A DNA stretch of 64,000 nucleotides from a virus. The notes beneath the pieces were generated by a model, which saw nothing but the letters and a program-made list of their open reading frames with translations, was not told the DNA's origin and did no database searches. Positions 6,299 to 17,763 of this stretch are shown here, in pieces (the stretch's first letter is position 1; the number at the start of each line of letters is the position of its first letter). The DNA lies in the IMG/VR virus record IMGVR_UViG_3300048580_000375, positions 3,304 through 67,303 of that record, one strand, 5' to 3'. The position numbers and the translations under genes were made by a program.

Positions 6299-6853
6299 TT
6301 ATTTATTCCACATACCCATAAGATATTCATCATATTCATCTTTAAGTTCTGATATAATATCATCAGTATCATCATATTCATCTGAAATATCCCATTCAAT
6401 CTCATCAAAAATTCTACTCATCCAATCATATACATCACTATAACCACGTTGCGATATTTCATTAGCGTATTTATTAATAAGTTTTTCAAATCTTCCATTG
6501 TTTTCTTTATCATCTAAATTTGATTCTGTTATTTTTTTTAAATAAAGTTCCCTAATAAAAGGAGCAACATCATCAAAAGTAACACCTTCACATTCTTCAT
6601 CTACATAAAGAGGTATATCCATAACATCTTTTAAATATTTAATAAATCTTTCATATGCTGCAGTATCATTCTTTTCGGGTATAACATCGTCATTCCAATA
6701 TAGTAAATCCCCACCATTTTTCCTATTAGTAAATGCAAAGTCAATATATGTTTTAATACATTTCATTGGATTACCCATATCTTCATTTTCTTTGATAACT
6801 CTTTTAACTATTCTCGTAATATCGCTTTCAGTTAATCTTACAATTTTTTTCAT
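6299..6853 (-). CDS. Acidic hypothetical protein with RLTESD N-terminus
   Basis: ORF track; TATTTAT motif upstream. Confidence 0.8.
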   Translation of the reverse strand: MKKIVRLTESDITRIVKRVIKENEDMGNPMKCIKTYIDFAFTNRKNGGDLLYWNDDVIPEKNDTAAYERFIKYLKDVMDIPLYVDEECEGVTFDDVAPFIRELYLKKITESNLDDKENNGRFEKLINKYANEISQRGYSDVYDWMSRIFDEIEWDISDEYDDTDDIISELKDEYDEYLMGMWNK

Positions 6854-6881
6854 TCTTTTATTTTATTTTAATATAAATAGT

Positions 6882-7070
6882 TTATTTTTTAATTTTAAAA
6901 GTTTCAGGATTTCTTTTTTGTTTATTTGCTGTAGCATAATAAACTGATTTACCTTTTTTCTTTCCATATTGTTTTTGGAATGATGACATTGCCGGTTTAT
7001 CATATTCTTTAACCATATCTTCAATAAGATTGATTAATTCTGTTTCTGTAAGTTGTATTTTCTTCCCCAT
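6882..7070 (-). CDS. Small basic hypothetical protein
   Basis: QYGKKKGKSVYYATANK motif; LTETEL N-terminus. Confidence 0.75.
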   Translation of the reverse strand: MGKKIQLTETELINLIEDMVKEYDKPAMSSFQKQYGKKKGKSVYYATANKQKRNPETFKIKK

Positions 7071-7096
7071 TTTTATGTTTTCTTTAATTTAAATTA

Positions 7097-7768
7097 TTAC
7101 CAATAACCACCAGTCATTCTACTTGGACCTGTCTTAAAAGCCACTTTCTTTTCAAACTTATAGTTTTTATCATCCTCATCAGCGTCATAATCAGGGATTG
7201 AGAAAGAATCTCTTACTTCTTGATCCGAATAATCATCAACTTCATCTTGAGTTAAAACCAATTCCTTTTTCTTAAATGTTTCACCATTAGATTTTTCAAT
7301 ATCATAACCTGGAATATCTTTCTTCCAAAAGTCATCAAGTTTAACATTATATGGATATGAATCTAAACTTCTAAGTTCTAACTTTTGTTCAGGTGTTTTC
7401 GGCATTGTTTTTTCAATCTTATTTTCCAAATCATCTATTTTAGATAAGATTTGTTCCATATTACCTAATTTAACCTCTAAACTAGAAATAGTGTCCATAA
7501 TTTTAGTTAAATTATCATCACTATCAACCACCTTTTCTTCAACGTCACCAACTTTATTTACAATATCTGTAACATTTATACCTTGAGTATCTTTACCTGA
7601 TGTTGGTTGTTGTTCTTCAACTGGATTGTCTAAATCAACGACATCAACCATAGTTGTATCATCAGCAGTTTCAAATGGTTGATTACCTTCATCTTCTTTT
7701 AAGTAATACTTATATCCAAGTATATTATTGAATCTTTTTAATTCTTTTTCTAATATCGTTTCTTTCAT
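7097..7768 (-). CDS. Acidic coiled-coil protein, probably virion or scaffold-associated
   Basis: KTPEQKLELRSLDSYPYNVKLDDFW motif; late-type promoter. Confidence 0.7.
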   Translation of the reverse strand: MKETILEKELKRFNNILGYKYYLKEDEGNQPFETADDTTMVDVVDLDNPVEEQQPTSGKDTQGINVTDIVNKVGDVEEKVVDSDDNLTKIMDTISSLEVKLGNMEQILSKIDDLENKIEKTMPKTPEQKLELRSLDSYPYNVKLDDFWKKDIPGYDIEKSNGETFKKKELVLTQDEVDDYSDQEVRDSFSIPDYDADEDDKNYKFEKKVAFKTGPSRMTGGYW

Positions 7769-7794
7769 AGTAATAAATATGCTAGATTTATTAT

Positions 7795-7965
7795 TTATAA
7801 TATTCCGTAAGTAATTTCTCTGATCAATTCTCTACCATCTTCAACAACTAATTTTTTGTCAATTCTTTCTACGAGACCATCTTTAGTTGTGATAACTACT
7901 TTTTCGTTATCTTTTTTTTCTTTGTTTTCAACTTCAATGAAGTCATTAATATTTTGAGTTTCCAT
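7795..7965 (-). CDS. 56-aa hypothetical protein missed by the ORF track
   Basis: METQNINDF...KDGLVERIDKKLVVEDGRELIREITYGIL; TATTTAT motif upstream. Confidence 0.75.
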   Translation of the reverse strand: METQNINDFIEVENKEKKDNEKVVITTKDGLVERIDKKLVVEDGRELIREITYGIL

Positions 7966-7994
7966 AATTATATTTTTATATATAAATAGTTAAA

Positions 7995-10900
7995 TTATTT
8001 AATTTCACCGGCAATTATTGCATCATATATTGATTGTAAATTAGCCAAACCCCTCCTGTATGAATTACCATCTTCATACTCTTGTATCGCCTTTTGTAAT
8101 GTCCAACCAGGTCCAGCCGTTAAATTATAAGCCACATTATACGCATCAGTTAAATCAGTAAAACTATTTAAGGCATCTAACCCTTTCTTACCCGACATAT
8201 TACTATATTTATCTTTATCTTTTAACGATGAAAGAGTTTTAATATTATAATCACCTAAAACTTTTGCAGCTGTATCAGGATCCGTTATTTTACTTGGCGT
8301 ATCTTCTAACCCATACTCCCTATATACCGCTCTACCGGTTATTTGATTAAATCCACCACCTCTATATTTATAACCATCACCATCAGGGCTATCATCAAAA
8401 GTTATATTATTAAAAACTATTGGTTCTATATTCTGAGGTTTATTACCTAAGTAAGTCCCATTTTTTATTTTTCTTCCATAATATACTTTATTATAATACC
8501 TTATAGGATTTTCAGCCATAAATTTAATAGTATCATCACCGGCAGGTAATATTTCATTTATAAATGTTTTATTACCCCCAAAAATTGATTTTATACCTCC
8601 TTCTCCATCAATTTTTTTAGTATATGTCTGTTCTCTAACCGGTTTTAAACCACTTTCTTTTGACGCAACCGCCATTATACCGGCAATCATTTCTACGCTA
8701 GTGTAACCAAGCGTTTTTAATGTATTATATATATTATTTGCATTAGTTTTAGCTGTAGCTGATAAATTTTTATAATAATTATTACTTGGGGTTACGGTAG
8801 ATAAAACATTACTAACACCTTTTTCCAATATTTCTTTTGTTAATGTAGAAACAAATTCACTTACTAATGGGAAGTTTAGACTTGACATTCTAACACCTTC
8901 AAAGTTTGTTACGACATTGTTTGGTTGTATTGAATGGGATACTTTTGTTATTAGATACAAACCACTAAATAGTGGAATATATCTTAAATAAAAATACATT
9001 GTTGGTTGTATCATCATATTACCTAACGATTCAACTTTACAAGTATAACTTCTTCTAGATAAAATAGGATATATGTTATTACCTATTGTTTGAACAGATC
9101 TATTTTGTTTTTGAGATGTTAATTGATCCCAAACAGTAATACTTTCATTTGTCTCCCTAAATTCAGCCTGATCTAAACTAATACCTCTAAACATATTTTG
9201 GTTTTTAATACCCATATCAACAAAAAAAGCAACAGGTTCATTCACCTTATTAGTATCAGTAAGATCATTAAATGGGGATTTAGATGGACTTTCAAATCTT
9301 TCGTTTGAGAAATCAATTTTAACAACATCAGGTATATGGTTTTGATTTTCATATTGATACGACGCATTCTTACCCACATATTGCATAATAAACACAGGTG
9401 ATGTAGATTGAAAATCAAGTGTATTTATTGGTTTAAATAACCCATCAATTAAAGCATTTTTGTTGGAGTTAGCTGTTAAACCACCAAAATTGATATATGA
9501 TGTTAATGGGTGAAAAATCATTTCATTCATTTTAGCCAATTCACCTATAATACTATATAAACTATTTTTTGAATTTACTTTCTCATAGTAATCTTTTAAC
9601 ACCCTAAAATCTAACAATAAATCACCCCCAATATCTCTATTAATTCTATCAACAAAAAAGAAGTGATCGAATAAAAATTCTCTATTATCATTATATTTTA
9701 ATTCATTATTTGAATCCACATCACCTTCTAACCCCCAAGTATATCTAAGCCTATCACCATCTTTCTTATCAATAACCCACTTATCATTTACATTCTTGAA
9801 TGTTTGATATAAAGATTTTTTTAAATCACTAGCTGTTTTTACCGCTACGGCATTAGATCCGGATTCAGGATTATTTTTATCATTTTTAATTATTTTCACC
9901 TCAATTTCGGTAATTTTTCTTTGGAATCCTGTTAAATATTTTTTAATTATAAAAGCCTGATTATAAACATTGTATCTAATACCATTATATGTGACTTGTG
10001 AAAAAATCCCGTCTTTGGTGACATTTGTATCCCACTCATTATTATTTGTCCAATATTTTAACCAAACATCATATAATTTAGACAATCCGTTTGATTTCGC
10101 AACCATTTGTATTTCAACATCAAAAAACTCTTTAATTAAAGAATAAACAACTTTTAATTCTTTTCCATCCATTTTTTTAACAGATTCGCTTACATTACCA
10201 TTATTCCTAAATACGATAGTATTACCATTTTTATTTATGGTAAAAGGAACAATAGCGTTGTCCGAATTAGCATTTTCTGTTTGATATATATCTATATCGT
10301 ATAAAATATGGTTTTCACCTACTCTAGTTAAACCATTTTGTATTGTTTCAGCTATAAATTCTACTAATTCCTTATATACTTCTAAAAAAGCTTTTCTATT
10401 AGCTATATAGATTTCGTCTATATTTTCATACGAATCAGGGTTGTTTGGGGTTGTAAATGGAAAATAATAATTATATTTAGTATTAAATGGATTTTTATAA
10501 TCACCATCACGGCTCATATAAAATCTATTATTAAAAAATAAATAACTTAAAGCGTTTACCATTTTTGTTATGTGTATTCCATTAAATAAAGTAAAATCAC
10601 TAAAATCATCTAAAACACCTGGGAGATATTTTAAAATAGTTTTAATCGTATTTTCAGCGGCTTGTAAATTATATAAAACATTTTCTAATGAAGTTAAAAG
10701 ATTAGTATCATTATTCAAAAGAGTTTTATTATAAACCATTCTTTCATCTTGTTTTTCCATAAATGGAAAAAACATCGCCTTTAACGATATTTCATTTGGG
10801 TATTCAAATTTTTCTTTTCCATATTTAATAAATCCATTATTCCCAACTTTAACCGAACCAGCACCATAATCGGCCGATAAACTTATTACATTATCTTTAA

Positions 10901-12935
10901 TCTCAGGAACAAATCTTAAATTATTTAAGGTATCATATTTTTGTTTTAATTTTTTTATACCTTCAGTTTCCACAATATCGGTGAAATAATTAGATTTATA
11001 ATTTTTAAGGTATCTGAATTTTTGTTTTATATCGCTTTGTATTATACTAACTGTTTTGTCGTAATATATTACTTTATCTTTACTTTCATCTATAATTTGT
11101 AATAACCCTAAAGGTTGATTATTATAATTATTATCTTTACTATCATTTATCCAAGTTAAATTATTTTTTAAAGTAGTTGCGTAAGTTTTTATCCCAGTTT
11201 CACCTAATATTTTATATAGGTTATTAGCATCCATTTCACCAAATTTTTCAACTTGATCTATTTTACCAATACCCCAAGAATTACTTGAAAGTAATAAAGC
11301 ATGTTCAACGATATCATATAAAATATTTTTAATTGAAAATGGTGTTGTTGTCGGTGAATATTGTTGTGAGTGTATTGGGTTAAATAAAATTTGATCCGCT
11401 ATTAATGCCGTGTTCGTATCTGTTTTCCCTGTTGATTCTAATAATCTATTAGTGGTTTTAGTCGCATTTAAATAACTTTCAACAAATTGTCTTTCAGGGT
11501 AATCATTTTTATTTAGTAAGGGTAAATCATCAAAATAACAAATTTCATAGTTATCATTAAATAAAACAGGCCAAGGATAAATTTCTTCTAATTGTTTACT
11601 TTCAACTCTTTTTGGATTACCATCATCCATTATATTTTTTAACTTATTTTTCCTATTAAAAGTATCGGCAGCACTTTGAGTTGTTTCCGTAATTAAATCC
11701 AAAAATAATTCAAAGTTATTACAAATAATCAACATTATATTTCTTATTGTTGGTGTAAAACCTAAAAATTCTTTAAGTTCAGATTTAACTTCATCATCAA
11801 GTTCTTTTGTTATTTCGTTATTTCTATTATTTATTATGTTTTTTGAGTTTTCAAAATATAGTTTATAACTATTAATAATTTCATTTGATATTGGGTTAAT
11901 TGGACTATCGGTAGGGGCTGTATTATCACATTTTAATTGCCCACCGTAATTAGGGAAATTAATAAATAAAGAATCACCATTTATTGTTTTAACCTTTTCG
12001 TTGAAAGTATTATTTAGTACGGTTGTTTTAGTAACTTCATCATATATTCTTTGTATAAGATCAATAAAATTATCTAATGAAGCCTTTTCCCTAAACTTTT
12101 GATTTTCTTGGTTTAGAACCGATACAAACGTATTTAAATCTTTAGATTTGTTAATTAAATCAACTAAAGTAAAAACATTGCTATTAATAATGTTAGTTAT
12201 TTCATCACTCATTTCAGGGTATTTTTTAGCCTGTAACTCAAATTTTTTAATTAACCTATCTTTCCCTGACTTACCATTTATTTCCATTTGAGATGCCACC
12301 AAACCATATTGCACATTTAAGTCAGATAATAACGCATATGTAAATCCAACAAACTCACAAGTTATCTGAAAATTTCCTGTTGAATAGTCAAATCTAGACG
12401 AATATTTTAATAAATGTAATAAGTATTTAACAGCTTTACCATAATAACCTTTAACTTCTAAAACAAACATAGGGTATGGGAAATTAAAAAAAGCCCCATA
12501 CGGTGAATCTTTAGGATCTTCATTTAATGCCTGACCTCTAACATCTGTCATTGTTATTGTTACTCTCGGAACATAAGATGTATCATATGTTATTTGAACT
12601 GAGTTAATACCTAACATTTCTTCACCATTTGGTTTTCCTGAAGCGTCTAATTCAGTCCAATCCGTTGTAAACTTATCTTTATCTTTATTTGGTTTAAGAA
12701 AATTAATTCTAGCCGAAGCAACAGCTTGTGTTTTAACACCATCAGAGTTTGAATTCATTATGTAAGATCTGGGTCTAGTAAAAGCCCTTAGATTACAATA
12801 CATAATCAAATCTTCTTGATTTACCGCATTATTGTTATTAGGATTAGTTCCAAACCCATAGGCGGAATATTCACTACCACCAATATTTTCATTAGGATCG
12901 TATAGGTTTAAATTACCAATTGTTATTACACTCAT
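7995..12935 (-). CDS. Baseplate hub-like structural protein with C-terminal GH19/lysozyme-like domain
   Basis: N-terminal VTITMTDVRG hub-like segment; LGNMMIQPTMYFYL..FSGLYLITKVSHSI; C-terminal ESG...GDGYKYRGGGFNQITGR. Confidence 0.75.
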   Translation of the reverse strand: MSVITIGNLNLYDPNENIGGSEYSAYGFGTNPNNNNAVNQEDLIMYCNLRAFTRPRSYIMNSNSDGVKTQAVASARINFLKPNKDKDKFTTDWTELDASGKPNGEEMLGINSVQITYDTSYVPRVTITMTDVRGQALNEDPKDSPYGAFFNFPYPMFVLEVKGYYGKAVKYLLHLLKYSSRFDYSTGNFQITCEFVGFTYALLSDLNVQYGLVASQMEINGKSGKDRLIKKFELQAKKYPEMSDEITNIINSNVFTLVDLINKSKDLNTFVSVLNQENQKFREKASLDNFIDLIQRIYDEVTKTTVLNNTFNEKVKTINGDSLFINFPNYGGQLKCDNTAPTDSPINPISNEIINSYKLYFENSKNIINNRNNEITKELDDEVKSELKEFLGFTPTIRNIMLIICNNFELFLDLITETTQSAADTFNRKNKLKNIMDDGNPKRVESKQLEEIYPWPVLFNDNYEICYFDDLPLLNKNDYPERQFVESYLNATKTTNRLLESTGKTDTNTALIADQILFNPIHSQQYSPTTTPFSIKNILYDIVEHALLLSSNSWGIGKIDQVEKFGEMDANNLYKILGETGIKTYATTLKNNLTWINDSKDNNYNNQPLGLLQIIDESKDKVIYYDKTVSIIQSDIKQKFRYLKNYKSNYFTDIVETEGIKKLKQKYDTLNNLRFVPEIKDNVISLSADYGAGSVKVGNNGFIKYGKEKFEYPNEISLKAMFFPFMEKQDERMVYNKTLLNNDTNLLTSLENVLYNLQAAENTIKTILKYLPGVLDDFSDFTLFNGIHITKMVNALSYLFFNNRFYMSRDGDYKNPFNTKYNYYFPFTTPNNPDSYENIDEIYIANRKAFLEVYKELVEFIAETIQNGLTRVGENHILYDIDIYQTENANSDNAIVPFTINKNGNTIVFRNNGNVSESVKKMDGKELKVVYSLIKEFFDVEIQMVAKSNGLSKLYDVWLKYWTNNNEWDTNVTKDGIFSQVTYNGIRYNVYNQAFIIKKYLTGFQRKITEIEVKIIKNDKNNPESGSNAVAVKTASDLKKSLYQTFKNVNDKWVIDKKDGDRLRYTWGLEGDVDSNNELKYNDNREFLFDHFFFVDRINRDIGGDLLLDFRVLKDYYEKVNSKNSLYSIIGELAKMNEMIFHPLTSYINFGGLTANSNKNALIDGLFKPINTLDFQSTSPVFIMQYVGKNASYQYENQNHIPDVVKIDFSNERFESPSKSPFNDLTDTNKVNEPVAFFVDMGIKNQNMFRGISLDQAEFRETNESITVWDQLTSQKQNRSVQTIGNNIYPILSRRSYTCKVESLGNMMIQPTMYFYLRYIPLFSGLYLITKVSHSIQPNNVVTNFEGVRMSSLNFPLVSEFVSTLTKEILEKGVSNVLSTVTPSNNYYKNLSATAKTNANNIYNTLKTLGYTSVEMIAGIMAVASKESGLKPVREQTYTKKIDGEGGIKSIFGGNKTFINEILPAGDDTIKFMAENPIRYYNKVYYGRKIKNGTYLGNKPQNIEPIVFNNITFDDSPDGDGYKYRGGGFNQITGRAVYREYGLEDTPSKITDPDTAAKVLGDYNIKTLSSLKDKDKYSNMSGKKGLDALNSFTDLTDAYNVAYNLTAGPGWTLQKAIQEYEDGNSYRRGLANLQSIYDAIIAGEIK

Positions 12936-13243
12936 TAATATCCGTATAAATTAAAATAATTATTTATTGCAGAATTATAATCTAATAAGCTTGCTTGTAA
13001 AGGATATGGGACATTTAATATCGTTTGATCTGGTATGTTAATTTCCAAAGCACCATATTGAGGGTTAGCCATCATTATTAACCAACCATATGTAGGATTA
13101 CCATAAAAATCATTACTAATTTTATCTAACCTAGAACTACCAACACTATAAAAATATTGCTTATCGGTAGATTTCTTTGGTAACTTAACAAATGGTAATG
13201 TCCTATGTTTATTGTTTATAAATGTTTCTTTATATCTATCCAT
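12935..13243 (-). CDS. LysM-like baseplate wedge protein (gp53/P2 X-like)
   Basis: RLDKISNDFYGNPTYGWLIMMANP motif. Confidence 0.75.
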   Translation of the reverse strand: MDRYKETFINNKHRTLPFVKLPKKSTDKQYFYSVGSSRLDKISNDFYGNPTYGWLIMMANPQYGALEINIPDQTILNVPYPLQASLLDYNSAINNYFNLYGY

Positions 13244-13254
13244 ATTTTTTATAT

Positions 13255-16200
13255 TTAAACCCTATCTTGATTCATCATACTTGGAACTTGTTCGACACCA
13301 ATATTATTATTTGTATTAGTATCGACAATTACATCTAATTCTGTTGGTCTAAAATTAGCCTCTTCAATCATTTCCATTTCCTCTTGTTTTCTTTTAGCCT
13401 CAGCGACTTCTTGTTTATTTATATTTTCTAATATTTGATTTAGATATTCTTCCTCATCTTTACTCAATTTAGCTCTACTGTCATATAAATTAGTATTGGC
13501 GAAATAGTTGAATGAAAGAGCGTTTTGTAATTCATTAATTGGACCACCTAAAGAACTTCCACCAATATAACTGAACTGAATATCCACATTAGCTATCATA
13601 GGTTGCACACCAATACCTTCATAATTCATATCCCAAACTAAAGGATCGTAAGTTATATTTATACCATTTATAATAATTTTAGTATGGTAAAAATCACCAA
13701 TTCTTAATATACAAACAGGTGGAGGTCCAAACACAGTATTTGTTACAACACTCGTATCAATAGAATCACCAGCCTTAGCGCATTGTTGTAAAAATGTTAA
13801 TCTACTATTAAACCCTTCAGGTGTTGTCGAATGAAATGCCGGATGAAAGAATTTTAATTTTTCAATTAACTTATCATATAAAAACGGTGAGTTTGATTTT
13901 AATTCTTCAAACATATCACATTCCTTATTAAATGGTTGTAATACACCGGCTCGCAATCGCCTAAATAATGAATTATAGTAATCTAATTTTAATTGTAATT
14001 CATTACTATTTTTACTTGTTTGTTCAGCTAAATTACTAATACTACCATCAGTATAACCTATTTTAATTTGAGCCCCATTAATAACCGCATAACGATATAA
14101 GTAAGATTCTTTAGCGTAAATAGATCTTGGATTATTTTCATCATTAAGTTGATTTTTATTAAGATTATTATTTAAATCCACCGTTGGTGTTTCAACCACA
14201 TTACCAATATCTAAAGTATTACCTTCAGATTTTTTTAAATCGGCATTAAATATTATACTATCAACATTAAATGCAGGATTTTGTTCCTTTATTTTATCTT
14301 TAATATATTTAGCTAAAGTGTTTTTTCTTCTACTTGATAGATTAGCGTTATAACTACTAACATCTTGATTTAAAAATGATGTATTACTTTCAATTGGAAT
14401 TGTGACACTTAATATTTTAGTATCTAAACCCTTATCCGTAATTTCTTTAATTTTTTCACTAATAGCAGTAATTAAATTATTTAAATCAGCCCAACCATTA
14501 GGTAATGTTTCACTAAAGAATGTTCTTGTAGTCCCACTATCACCCCAACTATTATTTTGGTTTTCTACCAAATATTCTAATTCCCTACCTAAATAAGTGG
14601 TATATAAAGCATTTAAATCAGGATCTTCAAAAGTGGCTGAACACCTTATATTTGATGACCTATTATCTATATTAACTAAAGTACAATTACCAGGTAAATC
14701 ATTTTCATAATAAACTTTAGGATTACCACTATAAATTAAATCTAACGTTGTTTTATTTTTATTAATTAATGCGGTTAGATTATTAATTTCATTGCTAGTA
14801 AATTGTTTATATTTTTTTAATAAATCCTCAATTGGGTAATTAATACAATCATCAAAAAAAGCTTCTAATTCACCATCAGCCTTACCATAACCTTGAGTAT
14901 TATAAATACCACTATTAAAATGATTCACAATTGATGGATGATCCACAACAATCTTAAATCCTAAAGATCCGCTTCTTGATGAATTATTATACGTATATAT
15001 CGGTTCAGGCCTACCCACAAATTCATTCGCAGTCCAATTAACGGTAGTATTATCACTAAATGATATATTATACGGTGGAAACCACATAATTCTACCACCA
15101 TTAGGTCCAACTTCACCACAAGGTAAAAATACTTTAGCACCTCTCCAAGCTAAGTTTTCAATTGATAACATATATCTTTTAGCTATTGTTGGGTCCAATG
15201 TTCTTTCACCATATTCATCAATAATTGAGTTTTGTTTAGTTGGAGCTATTATCGGAATACCATTCTTATCTAATGTGGTGTATTTCGTATCAGTCATTAA
15301 ACCCCTACCATAACCTCTATAACCTTTTCTAACTAAATCACTTATTTGATTGTAACCTTTATCTTTTGTCCATACCCTACAAAACTCTTTATTTTCAATC
15401 GGCCATTTAACCGCATTACCTTTAGACATACCCCTTAAACTCCTTGTGGAGTTTCTTACAACATCACCTATAATATCATCTCTATTAGCTAATGTCTGAG
15501 TTGTACATAATATACTATCACCATTAAAACTAAACTCACCTGATATATTTATTGAACCATCCCAATTTTGTCCATCACTTCTAAACGGATCATCACTAGT
15601 TATTCTAGGATTACCAAAATCGGTATTATCTCTTAAAACTACATTAGTTTCCCAATAAATATCATCATATTCACCAGGTTTTATAGCTATTGTACTAATT
15701 CTACCACCTTCACCCGTACCATCAGCATTACTATCATATTCTACAAAATCATCACTTAATTTACCACTTCCCAATCCACTATTATCAGGACTATCATTTA
15801 ATCTTACAGGATCAGTATTATCAACCACGTAATTAGAATCAGGTTCTTTAACAGGTAATCCTAATATACCACTAATTTTTTGTGTTGTAGTATATTTTCT
15901 TTGAGAATCAATATATAAATTAGATTTTGGTTTTGGTACAAGTGCAGAAAATAAATCTAACGTATCAGGATCTCTTAACCATTCAGGTGTAAATTTATTA
16001 TAAGATATAGTGTTATACATCTTAAATAATTGTCCTGTACTTGTATATCTTAATAGTGTTTTATTTCTCGGTAGTTTAGGCGGGATTAACCTATCTGGAT
16101 TAGTATCACATTCAGTTATATCACCACCAAATATATTTCTACCAAATAAAGTATTTATACCGTTTTTAATCGTATTTACTACACTACTACCAATGTTTTC

Positions 16201-17736
16201 TTCAGGTATTGGACTTATACCCGGATCTATACCTGATAACCTTCTTACCACATCAAATGAGGTTAAAAAACCAGGTAATGTTGTTATATCATAACTTAAA
16301 GTAAATGGTGGTACCTGACCCTTTAATAACGCTACACCAGCACCCAATGGATCATTCATAGCGTCAGTTGTATTACCAAACCTACCCTCAAGTTCTTTTG
16401 TTTGAGCTCTATCTAATCTATTCTGTATTGTTTGTTTTAAGAAAATATATCCACCTTTACCTAATTCAGAATCACCTTGAACCGATAATGGTAATCCATC
16501 CGAAGCTAAATCAGTTATTAAATTAAATGTTGCAGGTAATTCTGACCTACCATTAGCATTGAAACCATAACTTAAATCGTTTTTAGTGAATTGTGTTTGT
16601 CCGATAAAAGGGGTTAAAGATTCACCAGCAGAATTAGTTGGATCACCAAGATTTATTAAATAACCATCAAGTGTTCTTTGATTAGGTAATTGAATATCGT
16701 TTTGAATATCAACTTGAGTTCTTTCTTGACTTGAAAACTTATTTATTTGCTCCGAATAGTTATAATTTCCTTGTTCTCCGATTACGAAATAACCATCAAC
16801 AGGATATTCATCACTACCTGTCGTATCCGGAACTTGTCTTATATTATCTAAATTAATATCTTTACCAACATCTTTAGTAGTGTATTTTACATACTTATTA
16901 GCGTCTTTACCTTTATTTGTTAATTCAATTTGATTGTTTGATATTGAATCAACGCCCGGTGTATTATTCACCATTAAATTACTTAAAAATAAAGCCCTAC
17001 CTGTTTGAACTTGTGTTACATAATTAATAAAATAATCTATACTACCAGTATCAGCATTTGATAATTCTTTTATTAAAATATTTTGAAATAATCCGACCCC
17101 ATATCTGTTTATAAACTCAGGTATTTCCAAGTTTTTAGTTAATAAATTAGTTTTAGTTGGCTCAATAAAGTCGTCCAACTTAGAATTAATTACATTTCTT
17201 AAAATATTTGCAACCGCACCATCTGTTTGTAAGTCATCAAATAATGCGTTATATTGTCTTGAACCGGAATTAAGGTATTGTAACGCATCATCTTCAGATA
17301 AGTTTTTAAGTATTTGATTTTTTTGCGTTAAAATATCACCTTTAATTTGTGGGTTCGTAACCCCATTATCATCAATTAAAGTTGTCTTAATTTGATTTAC
17401 GTTATTTCTTGTAGGTAAATCTTCAACTATATCAAATAAATTGTCAATAACATTTCTTCCGTGATAAGCAACTAAATCATTTGGTTGAATATTTTTAGTT
17501 ACTTCGTTTTTTTGCGTTTGTATTTGTGTCTCAATTAAAAGATCACCAACAGGATTTTCCAATCCAGTGGGAACAAGATTTTTAACGTTATTTATATTTA
17601 ATAACGCAGTTTTTCTTATAGCATCATCAAGTATTTGATGATAATCATCCATTTTATCAGGTGATATATCAAAACCTAATAATTTGGCAATTTGTATTTT
17701 TGCTTCGTCTGTTAATTTGATATTAGAGTTACTCAT
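13255..17736 (-). CDS. Large baseplate/tube-initiator protein with OmpA-like insert
   Basis: FPPY..FSDN..W..FVGRPEPIYTY and PPVCILRIGDFY motifs; YNANLSSRR OmpA-like motif. Confidence 0.65.
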   Translation of the reverse strand: MSNSNIKLTDEAKIQIAKLLGFDISPDKMDDYHQILDDAIRKTALLNINNVKNLVPTGLENPVGDLLIETQIQTQKNEVTKNIQPNDLVAYHGRNVIDNLFDIVEDLPTRNNVNQIKTTLIDDNGVTNPQIKGDILTQKNQILKNLSEDDALQYLNSGSRQYNALFDDLQTDGAVANILRNVINSKLDDFIEPTKTNLLTKNLEIPEFINRYGVGLFQNILIKELSNADTGSIDYFINYVTQVQTGRALFLSNLMVNNTPGVDSISNNQIELTNKGKDANKYVKYTTKDVGKDINLDNIRQVPDTTGSDEYPVDGYFVIGEQGNYNYSEQINKFSSQERTQVDIQNDIQLPNQRTLDGYLINLGDPTNSAGESLTPFIGQTQFTKNDLSYGFNANGRSELPATFNLITDLASDGLPLSVQGDSELGKGGYIFLKQTIQNRLDRAQTKELEGRFGNTTDAMNDPLGAGVALLKGQVPPFTLSYDITTLPGFLTSFDVVRRLSGIDPGISPIPEENIGSSVVNTIKNGINTLFGRNIFGGDITECDTNPDRLIPPKLPRNKTLLRYTSTGQLFKMYNTISYNKFTPEWLRDPDTLDLFSALVPKPKSNLYIDSQRKYTTTQKISGILGLPVKEPDSNYVVDNTDPVRLNDSPDNSGLGSGKLSDDFVEYDSNADGTGEGGRISTIAIKPGEYDDIYWETNVVLRDNTDFGNPRITSDDPFRSDGQNWDGSINISGEFSFNGDSILCTTQTLANRDDIIGDVVRNSTRSLRGMSKGNAVKWPIENKEFCRVWTKDKGYNQISDLVRKGYRGYGRGLMTDTKYTTLDKNGIPIIAPTKQNSIIDEYGERTLDPTIAKRYMLSIENLAWRGAKVFLPCGEVGPNGGRIMWFPPYNISFSDNTTVNWTANEFVGRPEPIYTYNNSSRSGSLGFKIVVDHPSIVNHFNSGIYNTQGYGKADGELEAFFDDCINYPIEDLLKKYKQFTSNEINNLTALINKNKTTLDLIYSGNPKVYYENDLPGNCTLVNIDNRSSNIRCSATFEDPDLNALYTTYLGRELEYLVENQNNSWGDSGTTRTFFSETLPNGWADLNNLITAISEKIKEITDKGLDTKILSVTIPIESNTSFLNQDVSSYNANLSSRRKNTLAKYIKDKIKEQNPAFNVDSIIFNADLKKSEGNTLDIGNVVETPTVDLNNNLNKNQLNDENNPRSIYAKESYLYRYAVINGAQIKIGYTDGSISNLAEQTSKNSNELQLKLDYYNSLFRRLRAGVLQPFNKECDMFEELKSNSPFLYDKLIEKLKFFHPAFHSTTPEGFNSRLTFLQQCAKAGDSIDTSVVTNTVFGPPPVCILRIGDFYHTKIIINGINITYDPLVWDMNYEGIGVQPMIANVDIQFSYIGGSSLGGPINELQNALSFNYFANTNLYDSRAKLSKDEEEYLNQILENINKQEVAEAKRKQEEMEMIEEANFRPTELDVIVDTNTNNNIGVEQVPSMMNQDRV

Positions 17737-17763
17737 TTACAATAAATAAATGGTTTTTAATTT

